Shown in pieces: positions 51,695 through 62,495 of a stretch of 64,000 bases of DNA. A program made the position numbers and the translations under genes. The notes under the pieces are model-generated. The model was not told where the DNA came from. It did not search any database and saw only the letters and a list, made by a program, of their open reading frames with translations. Positions within the stretch are counted from its first letter, which is position 1. Every line of letters begins with the position of its first letter. The DNA is from Centroscyllium fabricii (taxonomy: Eukaryota), in contig JBNRSN020000005.1 of NCBI GenBank assembly GCA_051313645.2, forward strand, positions 192,572,001 through 192,636,000, written 5' to 3'.

Positions 51695-51986
51695 GGCGAG
51701 TTTCCCACCCAGAATGTTGATGCCCCTTCGGTTCAGGTGCAAGCCGTCCCGGTCATACAGATCCCACCTTCCCCAGAACGATCCCCAATTGTCCACGAAA
51801 CTCATGCCCTCCCTTCTGCACCAATCCTGTAGCCACGCGTTTATTCTCATTCTTTTTTTGTTTTTCCACTCCCTATCCCGTGGCACTGGTAGGATCCCAG
51901 AAATCGTGGCATTATTCGTTTTGTCTCTCAGTTTCCTTCCTAGTTCCTTAAATTCCTGCTTTATGTCTTCCTCCTTTTTCCTCCCT
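51695..51986 (-). mobile_element. CR1 ORF1 SGNH-esterase fragment
   Basis: INAWLQDWCRREGMSFVDNWGSFWGRWDLYDRDGLHLNRRG. Confidence 0.85.
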
Positions 51987-52111
51987 ATATATTTTGGTGA
52001 TAGTGAAAAAAATCGGGGATTTGAACGCGATCTCTCCAGCTCTCAGAGCTCTCGCAGCTCTCGACATCGCGTTCAAATTGCCGATTTTTTTCACTATCAC
52101 CAAAATATATA
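51987..52111. repeat. About 125-bp hairpin (possible mini-MITE)
   Basis: TATATATTTTGGTGATAGTGAAAAAAATCGG..ATTTGAACGCGAT pairs with ATCGCGTTCAAAT..CCGATTTTTTTCACTATCACCAAAATATATA. Confidence 0.85.
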
Positions 52112-52217
52112 AAAACCTTCACATTTACAACCTGTAAGACCACAAACAAATATCTCCAAAGGAATTTTTTTTAAATTACCTTTAAACCTGTTTTTTTCAC
52201 TTCTCAAACCGACGGAA

Positions 52218-52854
52218 TTTCAATCAAGTTCAATTTTATTTGTCATTGTACAGCGAACAAACACCATACAACGAAATGCTTACTGCTACCCGACACACCG
52301 TGCAACAACAACAACAACCGCGCAACAATTAAGCTGCCCGGCGTGAACGAGCCCGCAAGACGTCAGCCATCCTTCGGCGCCATCATCGTGGATCCCGTTC
52401 CTGCTCTGGCCACTCAACCGTTGGTAAAATTGTCCTCTCTCGCCCAGTCAATTCGCTCTGCCACTGTTCCTTCCGTGGCCACTCTCAGCCCGACTCCCCG
52501 AATCCACGGAGCTCCGAACTCCGGGCACAGCGTCCTGAGGCCTGAAGCCTAGCCCTCTCCGAGTGCCCCATCCCAGCTCCCCTGAGCTCCGAACTCCAGC
52601 GCTCAACGCAGGCTCCCCGGAGCTCCAGCGCTCGACGCAGGCTCCCCGGAACGCCAAGCCAAGGCCGTCCCGACACCCCGGAGGTCCGAACTCTGGACCG
52701 AGGCCGAACTGATGCGGCGTCCTGGGGCAGAACTGTGCCCCGCATCTCACCGGCTCTGCCGACGTCAAATGGCGGTCGACCAGAACGGATTGACTCCACG
52801 AAGAGGAGTCGAGGTACAGCCGCCCGATGGCGGCCGTCCTGCCAGAACCGGAAC
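52218..52854 (-). mobile_element. Non-coding CpG-rich retroposon with a Rex1-type tail
   Basis: Tail TTCGTTGTA...TACAATGACAAATAAAATTGAACTTGATTGAA resembles 16625-16701; candidate TSD CGGAA at 52213-52217 and 52855-52859. Confidence 0.65.
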
Positions 52855-52876
52855 CGGAACAAAAAAAAAAAAATCG

Positions 52877-52910
<34 letters not shown>

Positions 52911-53729
52911 GAAAAAAAAAATCGACATTTAAACGCAAAAAAAAGCGTACGGACACGTCGGACCCCCTCCCCCCCAGCGTACGGTTTGTACGCTCGTGAA
53001 AATGTTGACAATTGTGAAGGGCCCCTAAGCAAAGCTTTAATCAACTATTTACAGAGTTAGAGTTTCACATGCTTACAGGGGAAGCATTATCCCAGACTGG
53101 ATAGCAGCAGAACTTATACCACTAGACAGGAAGTGACATATATACAGGAAGTGACATGTAAAAAGGAAATGATGTCACAGGAAATACATATGCAGAGTTC
53201 ATTAGACTTTCTGCCGGAAGTTTCAATATCACCACAATCTTCCCTCCTAGAAAATTACGAGGCAGAAATCAATTATTATTGTTATGTTCGTGTTCTGAAG
53301 AATGAGGCTTGATTTAATAAACAAGTGATCACTTTATTTTCATTGCAAGTTCAGCAGCTTGCAGCAGTCTCACAGAATCCAACATGTCTGCTTAGTTTCA
53401 GTTTCCCTTGTCCAACTCTGTACTCTGAACTCTCCACCTAGTGGAACTCTCCACCTAGTGGACAGAACGTGTAACCACATCTAATCATTACATCCCCCTT
53501 TCTTTGAGGCAACATGCAATACAGGTAAACTAACAAATCACAGGTGTCAGTTATCTGAACCATTTCTCATTGAAACGTTATCTTGCAACATACACCAATT
53601 CTCCATATATGTGGCATGAATTAACCTGTAAGAAACATCAACAAATTACACTTTGTTTACAATAATCAACAATTAGCAATCAGTCTTTCGGGTTTCCTGA
53701 TTTCTCTTGTGGATTTCCTTACCACAGGT

Positions 53730-56700
53730 TCACTTTGGAGTGTTTGTGTTGGTGTTACAGTCTGTAGGGGTTGGAGCGATGGACTGAGACTCACTGTGTG
53801 CTTCACTGAGCTCTCGAACAGTCTCTGGTGGAGTCTTTAACAAACTGCGGCGATTGCGTCTGAGGATTTGTCCTTCCTTGGTCCTCACAGTGAACGACCG
53901 TGGAGCTACTTCTTGAAGAACAGTGGCTCTTGTCCTCCATCCATCAGCATCCTCTATCCTGACTGTGTCACTGCTTGACAGTGATGGAAGGTGCTTGGCT
54001 GTCCTGTCGTAGAATGACTTCTGTTTCATTTTCTGTTGTTTTAGCTTGTAGTCTAGCTTTGGACATTTCTTTGGTTTTGAGTGACTCGGCAGTGTAGTAC
54101 ACAGCTTTCGATGCATCAGCAGCTCAGCCGGTGATAGCCCGCACTCGAGAGGTGATGCACTGTAGCTGAGTAGAGCAAGGTATGGATCTGAGACACCATC
54201 AGCTGCTTTCTTTAGGAGTTGCTTGAGAATGTGAACTCCCTTTTCAGCTTTCCCATTGGACTGTGCATACAGAGGGCTTGACATGACATGCATGAAGTCA
54301 TACTGCACTGCAAACCTCTGCCAGTCTGCGCTGTTGAAACATGGGCCGTTGTCACTCACCACTGTGTTTGGAATGCCATGCCTGGTGAAGATGGATTTTG
54401 TGTGCGTTATGACACAGGCTGACGTTGTGTTTGATAGCAATGCCATCTCAGGGAAGTTTGAGTAATAGTCAATGACCACTAAATAGTCTTTACCCTTGAG
54501 ATGAAACAAGTCCATTCCTACTTTTTGCCATGGTGCTGTTGGCACATCAGCTACCACCATAGGTTCTTTGCTTTGCTTGTTTCTGTGTTTCTGGCATGTG
54601 TCACATTTGCTTATCAGTGTCTCAATGTCTTTGTTAATTCCAGGCCAGAAGACTGTGTCTCTCGCCCTCCTTTTACACTTTTCGACACCGAGATGTCCTT
54701 CATGGATCCTGTGCAGTATGTCCTCTCTCAACTCTCGTGGAATGACAATCCTGCTTTTCTTCAGTAACATTCCATCGACTACACTGAGTTCACTTCTGAT
54801 ATGGTAGAACAGTGGACAGGAACCCACCGGCCATCCTTCATCCATGTTTTGAATGACACGTTGTAGCTCTGTGTCTTTTGCTGTTGCTTCAGCTATTTGT
54901 CTGGACTTAGTGTCTGACACAGGCAGCGTAGCAGACACCAAGTTCACATGGCTTTGAACATCCTCATCAGTTGCACTCACACAGTTTCCAGTAGTTGCTC
55001 TTGAGAGTGCATCGGCGAGTATCAGGTGTTTTCCTGGTGTGTAGATCAATTCAAAGTCGTATCGCTGCATTCTCATCATTAGACGTTGAATCCATGGGGA
55101 CATTTTGTTTTGATTCTTTTTGATGATGGCGACTAGTGGACGATGATCTGTCTCTACCGTAAAAGAGGGTAAGCCATATATATAGCTGTGGAATCTCTCT
55201 AGGCCATACGCCAGTCCTAGGCATTCTTTTTCGATCTGAGCATAACGATGCTCAGCTTCAGTCATGGCCCTGGATGCATAGGCTACAGGTTTCTAGTGCT
55301 CGCCCTCAGCCTGTAAGAGAACTGCACCAATTCCGTCCTTGGAGGCGTCTGTCGACACTTTGATCCTTTTCGTGTGGTCATAAAATGTCAACACTGGTGC
55401 GGTGGTCAGTGTGTTTTTGAGCTTTTTCCACTCATTTTCATGTTTGTCTGTCCACTTGAACTCAGTCTCATTGTGCAGGAGTTCACGGATGCATGATGTT
55501 TTCGCAGTCAAATTGGGAATGAATTTACCTATGAAGTTAACCATCACAATGATGCGTAGCACACCTGTCTTGTCTGTGGGCCTGGGCATGTTCTGTATGG
55601 CATGTATTTTTTCTTTGTCCGGCTGGACACCTTGTGCAGAGAGCTTGTCTCCCAGAAAGATGAGTTCTTGAACTCCAAACTGGCATTTGCTCTTGTTGAG
55701 TTTCAGTCCATATTTTCGTATGCGCTCCATCACTTTGTTCAGCCTCTGATTGTGCCCTTGGACTGTACAGCCCCAGATGATGATGTCATCAATGTAGACC
55801 CGAATGCCACCCAACCCCTCGATGATCTGTTCCATTGGTCTATGAAATATTTCAGGTGTTGATTTTATTCCAAAAGGCAGTCTGAGAAAGCAATATCTGC
55901 CGAAGGGCGTGTTAAAGGTGCAGTATTTGGTGCTGCTTTCGTCCAATTTTAGTTGCCAGAAGCCTTGTGATGCGTCGAGCTTTGTGAAGTAACCGGCGCC
56001 CGCCATTTCGCTGGTGATTTCTTCACGTGTGGGTATTTGATAGTGTTCACGCTTTATGTTCTCATTCAGATCTTTTGGGTCCATACATATTCTCAACTCG
56101 CCATTCTTTTTCTTTGTGGCCACCATCGAGTTCACCCAATCTGTAGGCTCCTCTACCTTCTGTATCACACCCAGCGTGGTCATCCTATCAAGCTCTTTCT
56201 TTAAGCGGTCTCTCAGTGGTGCTGGGACTCTGCATGGAGCATGCACCACTGGCTGTGCGTTTTCTTTCAGCTGGATTTTATATGTGAATGGCAGTACACC
56301 AAACCCCTTGTAAACGTCTTCAAAGTTTTGTACTATAGAGTCAATGGAGTCACTTGATATACTCACGGCTGTGTTGATGCGATACACTCTTTTCACCAGC
56401 CCTAAATCTTCACATGATTTATCACCCAGCAGTGATTCGCGTCCTTCAGCCACGACAGAGAAGAGTAGATGATGCACTTTTTCTTTCACTGTGATGTTCA
56501 GTCTGCATGTGCCTAAACACTGAATAGGCTGTCCATTGTACTCTTTCAGTCCTGACATTTTCCTCTTTATTTGTGGCTTATCTTTCATTTCCTTGATATC
56601 AGACATGCTTATGAGATTTGCCTTTGCACCAGTGTCTAATCTCCTTGTGACTAGAGTCCCGTTTATTTGCAATGGTGCTATCCATTTATCTTCTTTAGTG

Positions 56701-57859
56701 GCATTATTTTCTTTTTGTTGCTCACTTTCTGACTCATTTTCACAGTTCACCATGCCAATGAAAACTGTGTCACTGAGATCAGTTTCCTCCACTATGTTTA
56801 CATATCTTCCTTTCTTCCCCTCTTTTCTTTTTGAGAAGCATTGTCTAGCAAAATGGTTTTTACCCTGGCAATTTGAGCATTGCTTACCAAAGGCTGGGCA
56901 CTGTTTTGGCTTGTGCTGTGAGCCACAGCGCATGCAGTTGAACATCCTGTCATCTGCTCGCTGTGCAGGCTGGGTCTGTGGGTGCCTCCTCCCCTGGTAT
57001 GACACCGCACCAACCGCTGCCGCACTGTCACTCACGTGCTCCGTTGTGCCTGCCGCCATTTCGCAGAACGTTTTCACTTGCTTGTGAGACAGTTCACTTG
57101 CCTGGCAGATCCTGATGGCTGCTTCCAGTGTCAGCTCCGTTTCCCTCAGTAGCCTTGCTCTGATCTTTTTATCCTCCCTCTGATCTTTTTATCCTCCACA
57201 CCAAAAATGATCTGGTCCCTGATCATGGAGTTTTTTAGTGTTGCAAAGTTGCATGACTGCGCTTTTAGCCTCAAGTCCGTCAGAAAGCTATCAAAGGGCT
57301 CGAGCTGTTCCTGCATCCGAGATTGAAATACGTATCACTCATATGTCTCATTCTTCTTTGGAGAGCAGTGAGCATCAAATTTATCAAGCACTACATCCAG
57401 TTTTTCATTATCATTTCGATTGGCAAACACGAATGTATTAAATACTTCCATGGCCTGTGCAGGTTAGGTTGATTGGCCATGATAAATTGACCCTTAGTGT
57501 TAGGAGGATTAAATATGTGGGGTTACGGGGATAGGGTGGGATATGTGTTGATGCAGGGTCGATAGGGATCGAGGGATATGGGGAGAGGGCAGGGGCGGGG
57601 TGCTGGGTTTGGATGATCAGCCATGATCTCATTGAATGGCGGAGCAGGCTCGAAGGGCCAAATGGCCTACTCCTGCTCCTAGTTTCTATGTTTCTATTGT
57701 TAGCAATAACGCTACCTTCCTAGCATCCGGCTTCATTTACAGTCCCATGGCCGCAACGTAGAGGCGGAACTGCTGTTTGAAGGTGCACCAATTTCCGTCG
57801 ACATTCCCCGTTAGTTTCAAACTCTCCGGTGGTTTTAAATCCATGATGTCGTCGCTCAT
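53730..57859 (-). pseudogene. Element C gag-pol
   Basis: ORFs 55293-57077 (CCHC, LDTGA, YIDD, TDAS) and 53730-55265 (RNase H, integrase) are separated by one TAG; gag is frameshifted and interrupted by a SINE. Confidence 0.9.
57456..57697 (+). mobile_element. 5'-truncated HE1-like SINE in the gag of element C
   Basis: Closely similar to 23076-23323. Confidence 0.9.
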
Positions 57860-58125
57860 TTGTTATGTTTACTCACTTAGATTTTACTCCTGGTACCATG
57901 TTATGTTCGTGTTCTGAAGAATGAGGCTTGATTTAATAAACAAGTAATCACTTTATTTTCATAGCAAGTTCAGCAGCTTGCAGCTTGCAGCAGTCTCACA
58001 GAATCCAACATGTCTGCTTAGTTTCAGTTTCCCTTGTCCAACTCTGTACTCTGAACTCTGAACTCTCCACCTAGTGGAACTCTCCACCTAGTGGACAGAA
58101 CGTGTAACCACATCTAATCATTACA

Positions 58126-61100
58126 ATTCTGGAGTAGACGCATGCGGAGGAGTCGCATGCATTTAAGTTCGTTCTTTTGAGTTGATAGACCGTTTTGATG
58201 GTCAATGTCCGAGTTACTGGGCCGTTTGCAGGCTGTCAGCCTTGGGTCAGAGTCAACATGGCCTGAATTACCCGGCAATGGGTTAGGAAGATCATGGCTC
58301 CGCGTGCGAGATCCAATAGGCTCAGAGTTGGTCTGCCTTTGGTCGGGAGAAGGTACCAAGCTAGTCGATGGCCCATTGGCATTTTGGCGTGTGGCACTGG
58401 GAGGATCATGGCTCCGTGTACGAGCCCCTATGGGCTCCGTGTCGGTTGAGTATTGATCAGCATCCTGGAATGAGGTACCAGGCGAGTCGAAGCTCCGAGT
58501 GCGGGATCCTACCGGCTCAAAGGTCATTGGTGCCTGATCGGGGTGCTGAAGAGTGGTACCCAGTGGTTCTCTGGAGGTTCCTGGTAGGGTACTATCCCTA
58601 GATGACCCTCTAGGTCCTGATGGGCAGGGTGCCAGGTCCCGTAACGATACTGTAGACTCTCGTCCGTCAGGGTGCCGTATGTGAGCGTAGGTGGGGTTGA
58701 CCTCCGTCAGTTCCACCTCGTCCACAAGAGGGTCATTCTTGGAGATTTGGACATATCTTTGGAGCAATATGGGCCCTGGAGTGGTCAGCCACGAAGGGAG
58801 TGATGCTCCATACGATGAGCGATGCTGGAACCTGAAGAACCGTTCATGAGGCGTCGTGTTCGTGGCTGTGGAAAGCAAGGACCGTATGGAGTGTAATGCA
58901 TCTGGTAACACCATCTCTCATTGCTGGTTGGATAGACCTTGGGACTTTAGGGCAAGGCATACCGAGTTCCATATGATGCCATTATACCTTTCTACCTGGC
59001 CGTTACCGATGGGGTGGTATGGTGTTGTTTTGCTTGTCGCAATGCCTCTTTCCGAGAGGTAGTCCTTAAGTTCAGTGGACATGAAAGATGGACCCCGATC
59101 TGAATGGATGTAAGCTGGCATGCCACAGAGCGCGAATATCTGCTCGAGACAATTGATTACCGTAGAAGTCAGAATATTAGAGCAGGGGAAGGCAAATGGA
59201 AAACGTGAATATTCATCGACCATTGTAAGCAGATATACCTTCCGAGTGGACAAGGGTACCGGGCCCTTAAAATCAATGCTCAGTCGTTGCATTGGTTGTG
59301 TCTCATGTATAAGTACACCATCCGGGGGCCGGAAAAACTGAGGTTTTAGCTCAGCACAGGTTCTGCATTCCGAATACGTTTTCTTGATGTCTCCGGTTGA
59401 GAATGGGAGATTTCGTGACCTCACAAAATGTAACATACGTGTCACACCAGGATGACATAATCCATCATGGATATCTGCGAGAGTGGAGGATGATGCAGCA
59501 GAGCAGAATGCTCGTGTAAGAGTATCCGGGGCCACATTATCTTTACCAGGGCGATAGTGAATAATATAGCCAAACAAGGCCAATTCCATCCTCCACAGTT
59601 GTATCTTATTATTCTTGACTTTGGTTCTTTTTCGGTTGTCAAGCATGAAAGCGACTGATCGCTGGTCCGTTATCAACGTGAAGTGCCGGCGAGCTAAAAA
59701 ATGGTTCAATTTTCGTACAGCCTCAATGATGGCCATAGCTTCTTTTTCCACCGGTGGGTAGTGTACATTGGCACCCTGTAGGGTCCTAGACATGAAAGCT
59801 ACAGGGCGACCTTCCTGATTGAGTGTAGCCGAGATTGCCACCTCTGAAGCGTCGCATTCATCCACGAATGGGAGGTTCTCATCGATGGAGTGGAGGGTTG
59901 CAATCTCCAAATGCTGTTTAAGAGTATTAAAGGTTGTAATAGCCGTTGTTCCGAATGGAAATGTTCTGGCATTCAACAAAGGTTGAATTTTGTCAGAAAA
60001 GTTAGGAATCCACTTCGCATAGTAGGCAAATAGGCCGAGGGCCCGACGCAGAGAAGCAGGATTGTTAGGTGGAGGAAGCTCCTGGAGGGGACTAAGTCTT
60101 TCCGGATCAGGCTTGATGATGCCGTTACCCACACAGTAGCCAAGAATGTTAATGGTTGGCTGTGATTCTACAGATTTGGATTCGTTTAAGGTCAGGTTGC
60201 GACGAGAAAGTGCATCCCGAAATCTTCGAAGGTTGTCGTCATGTTCTTGCTGGTCATGGCCAGCAACAGTTATTTTGTCGAGATAAGGGAAAGTGTCCCT
60301 CAAGCCTTCTTGCTGCACCAAGCCATCCATGGCTCGTTGAAAGATGGCTACTCCGTTGGTGACTCCGAATGGGAGACGGCAAAATTGATACAATCGTCCT
60401 CAAAGGCTGTATATTTTTTATCCGAGGCCCGTAGGGGTACCTGATGATAAGCACTCTTCAGATCATAAGTTGAAAATACTGAATATTCAGCCAGTTTATT
60501 CACCATGTCGTCGATACGTGGCAGTGGGTAAGCATCTAAGTCCGTATATTGATTAACGGTCTGAGAGTAATCAATACATAGGCGTTTCTTCTGAGATTTC
60601 AAGGAGTTTTTAACAATGACGATCTGAGCCCGCCAAGGCGATGAACATGGTTCAATGATGTTCTCCACCAGGAGTCGAGAGATTTCTGTATCAATGAAGG
60701 ATCGATCCTCCTGACTAAAGCGCTGAGACTTGGTTATTATTGGCTGGGGCGTAACGCTGATAAATAATGACGGTTCGTCCAGAGAGGCTGCTGACAATGC
60801 ACAAAATGGCGTTTTAGATGATGATTTAGAGATAATGAGTCCGGGTTTAAAACCCCCGAACTCAATGGTCAGCTTGTTATGTTGTCTTTGGAAGTCTAGT
60901 CCCAGAATGAGATCACTACATAGATCCTTAAGGACTGAGAGACGGGTGGAGGGATACAGGCGGCCATTAAGGGTTAAGTCCACAATACAGAAGCCAGAGA
61001 TTCTAGTATTAAGTGAAGATTGGGCCATTTCAATTGCCTGGTCTGATGGATAAGTGTGCAGTTTCAATTTATTAATGATTTGCTCCTTAATAAAGCTGTC

Positions 61101-62143
61101 AGTGCTACCAGAGTCAATTAGGGCATCAAAAATATGTCCATTAATTGTGACCCTTGTGGCTGCATGGACCAAGTTCTGAGGGCAGGCAGCTGTTATTGGC
61201 ATGATTGCACAGAGTACAGCAGTGATTCTAGATGAGCTCCTTCGAGTGGGAGCTCAATAGGTCCTGGCTGGTGTGTCTTGACAGGCCCTAATTGATGCAT
61301 CCCGATAGGCCCTAATTGGAGCAGCTCCGTAGGGCCTAGCTTGATTAGCTCTTGCAGAAGCTTTGGATTGGCACACCTTTGCAAAGTGCCCTTTTTTGCT
61401 GGAGTAGCTGCAGATTGCATTACGGGCTGGGCAGAATTTTCTTGGGTGGAAGATATCTCCACAAAAGAAGCAGCTTTTCCTGGACTGCCAAGAGGCTGCT
61501 AATGTAGCCTCCTCATCACTAAGTTCATCAGGGCTAGAGTCGCTTATGATTGGGTCCACCTGTGGCCCCTTGAAAGGTCTGATTGTAGTTGCAGCAGCAC
61601 TTCAAGCTCTGGGCAACTGATAAAGTTCTGAGTTTTTTTTTGCTAGATCCAAGGAGCAAGCCAGGTCGAAAGCTTTTTGCAATTCTAGGGTCTTACTCTC
61701 CAGTAGATGCTGGCATATCAGTGGGGAGGAAATCCCGCTGATGAAGGCATCGCGGATCATTTCCTCACGGTAAAGCTCACTGAGGCTGCCTTAAAGTTAC
61801 AGTTCGTACTGAGCCTGCGCAGTTCTTGCAGGAATTCACTGATAGATTCCTCTGGCCTTTGCCGGGCGGTGGCCAGTAAATGTCTAGCGTAAACCTCGTT
61901 GGGTGTCTTCGTATACAGTTCTTTAAGAGTTCCGATTGCTTCATTAAAGTTATCCCATTTGTCCAGATATTCATATACGTTAGGGGATACATAGTTTACC
62001 AGTAGCCGGAGTTTAGCAGTATCGCCCGCATCACATTCTGCAAGGAAATTTTCAAAAGTATGGTACCAGTGCTTCCATACATTTGCGACTGATGGCGAGT
62101 TCGGATCCAGGTCAAGAGTTCTGGGTTTGAAGAGGCTCTCCAT
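58126..62143 (-). pseudogene. Element B gag-pol
   Basis: gag MESLFKPRTLDLDP; protease LIDSGS; RT AYPLPRID/PFGVTNG/YLDK; RNase H; integrase LSIDFKGP/HSDRG; stops and frameshifts. Confidence 0.9.
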
Positions 62144-62495
62144 GACGGGTGGTTCCCTGGGGTCCTCAGTTCCTTGTTGTCTGAAGGTTTCAAAATTTTG
62201 AGCGTAGTAGTTGATTAAATTGATGTGACAAAAGAGACCTACACATCAATAACTCCAAGCAAAGCTTTAATCAACTATTTACAGAGTTAGAGTTTCACAT
62301 GCTTACAGGGGAAGCATCATCCCAGACTGGATAGCAGCAGAACTTATACCACTAGACAGGAAGTGGCGTATATACAGGAAGTGACATGTAATAAGGAAAT
62401 TATGTCACAGGAAATACATATGCAGAGTTCATTAGACTTTCTGCCGGAAGTTTCAATATCACCACACACCTGGTGGACAATTCTAGAATGAAATG

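Larger units (their letters stand above)
51152..53025. mobile_element. Non-autonomous PIF/Harbinger-like TIR element with mosaic interior
   Basis: 30-bp perfect TIR GGGGCCCTTCACAATTGTCAACATTTTCAC (about 41 bp with 2 mismatches); TSD TAA; the sister LTR is empty. Confidence 0.93.
53280..58125 (-). mobile_element. Ty3/Gypsy element C (Mag-like), full length, nested in B
   Basis: LTRs 53280-53492 and 57899-58125; PBS TGGTACCAGGAGT (tRNA-Leu-like); PPT AGAAAGGGGGA; TSD ATTAT/ATTCT (1 mismatch). Confidence 0.95.
51114..62466 (-). mobile_element. Ty3/Gypsy element B (no tRNA PBS; same lineage as E), inserted in the LTR of A
   Basis: 5' LTR 62221-62466; 3' LTR 51114-53236, split by a TIR element; TSD CACCT (51109-51113 and 62467-62471); PPT AGGAGGGAAGAT. 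Confidence 0.95.

Noticed and set aside
52448-53060. Poly-Lys and poly-Phe ORFs
   Set aside because: They are translations of A tracts, whose lengths may also be unreliable.
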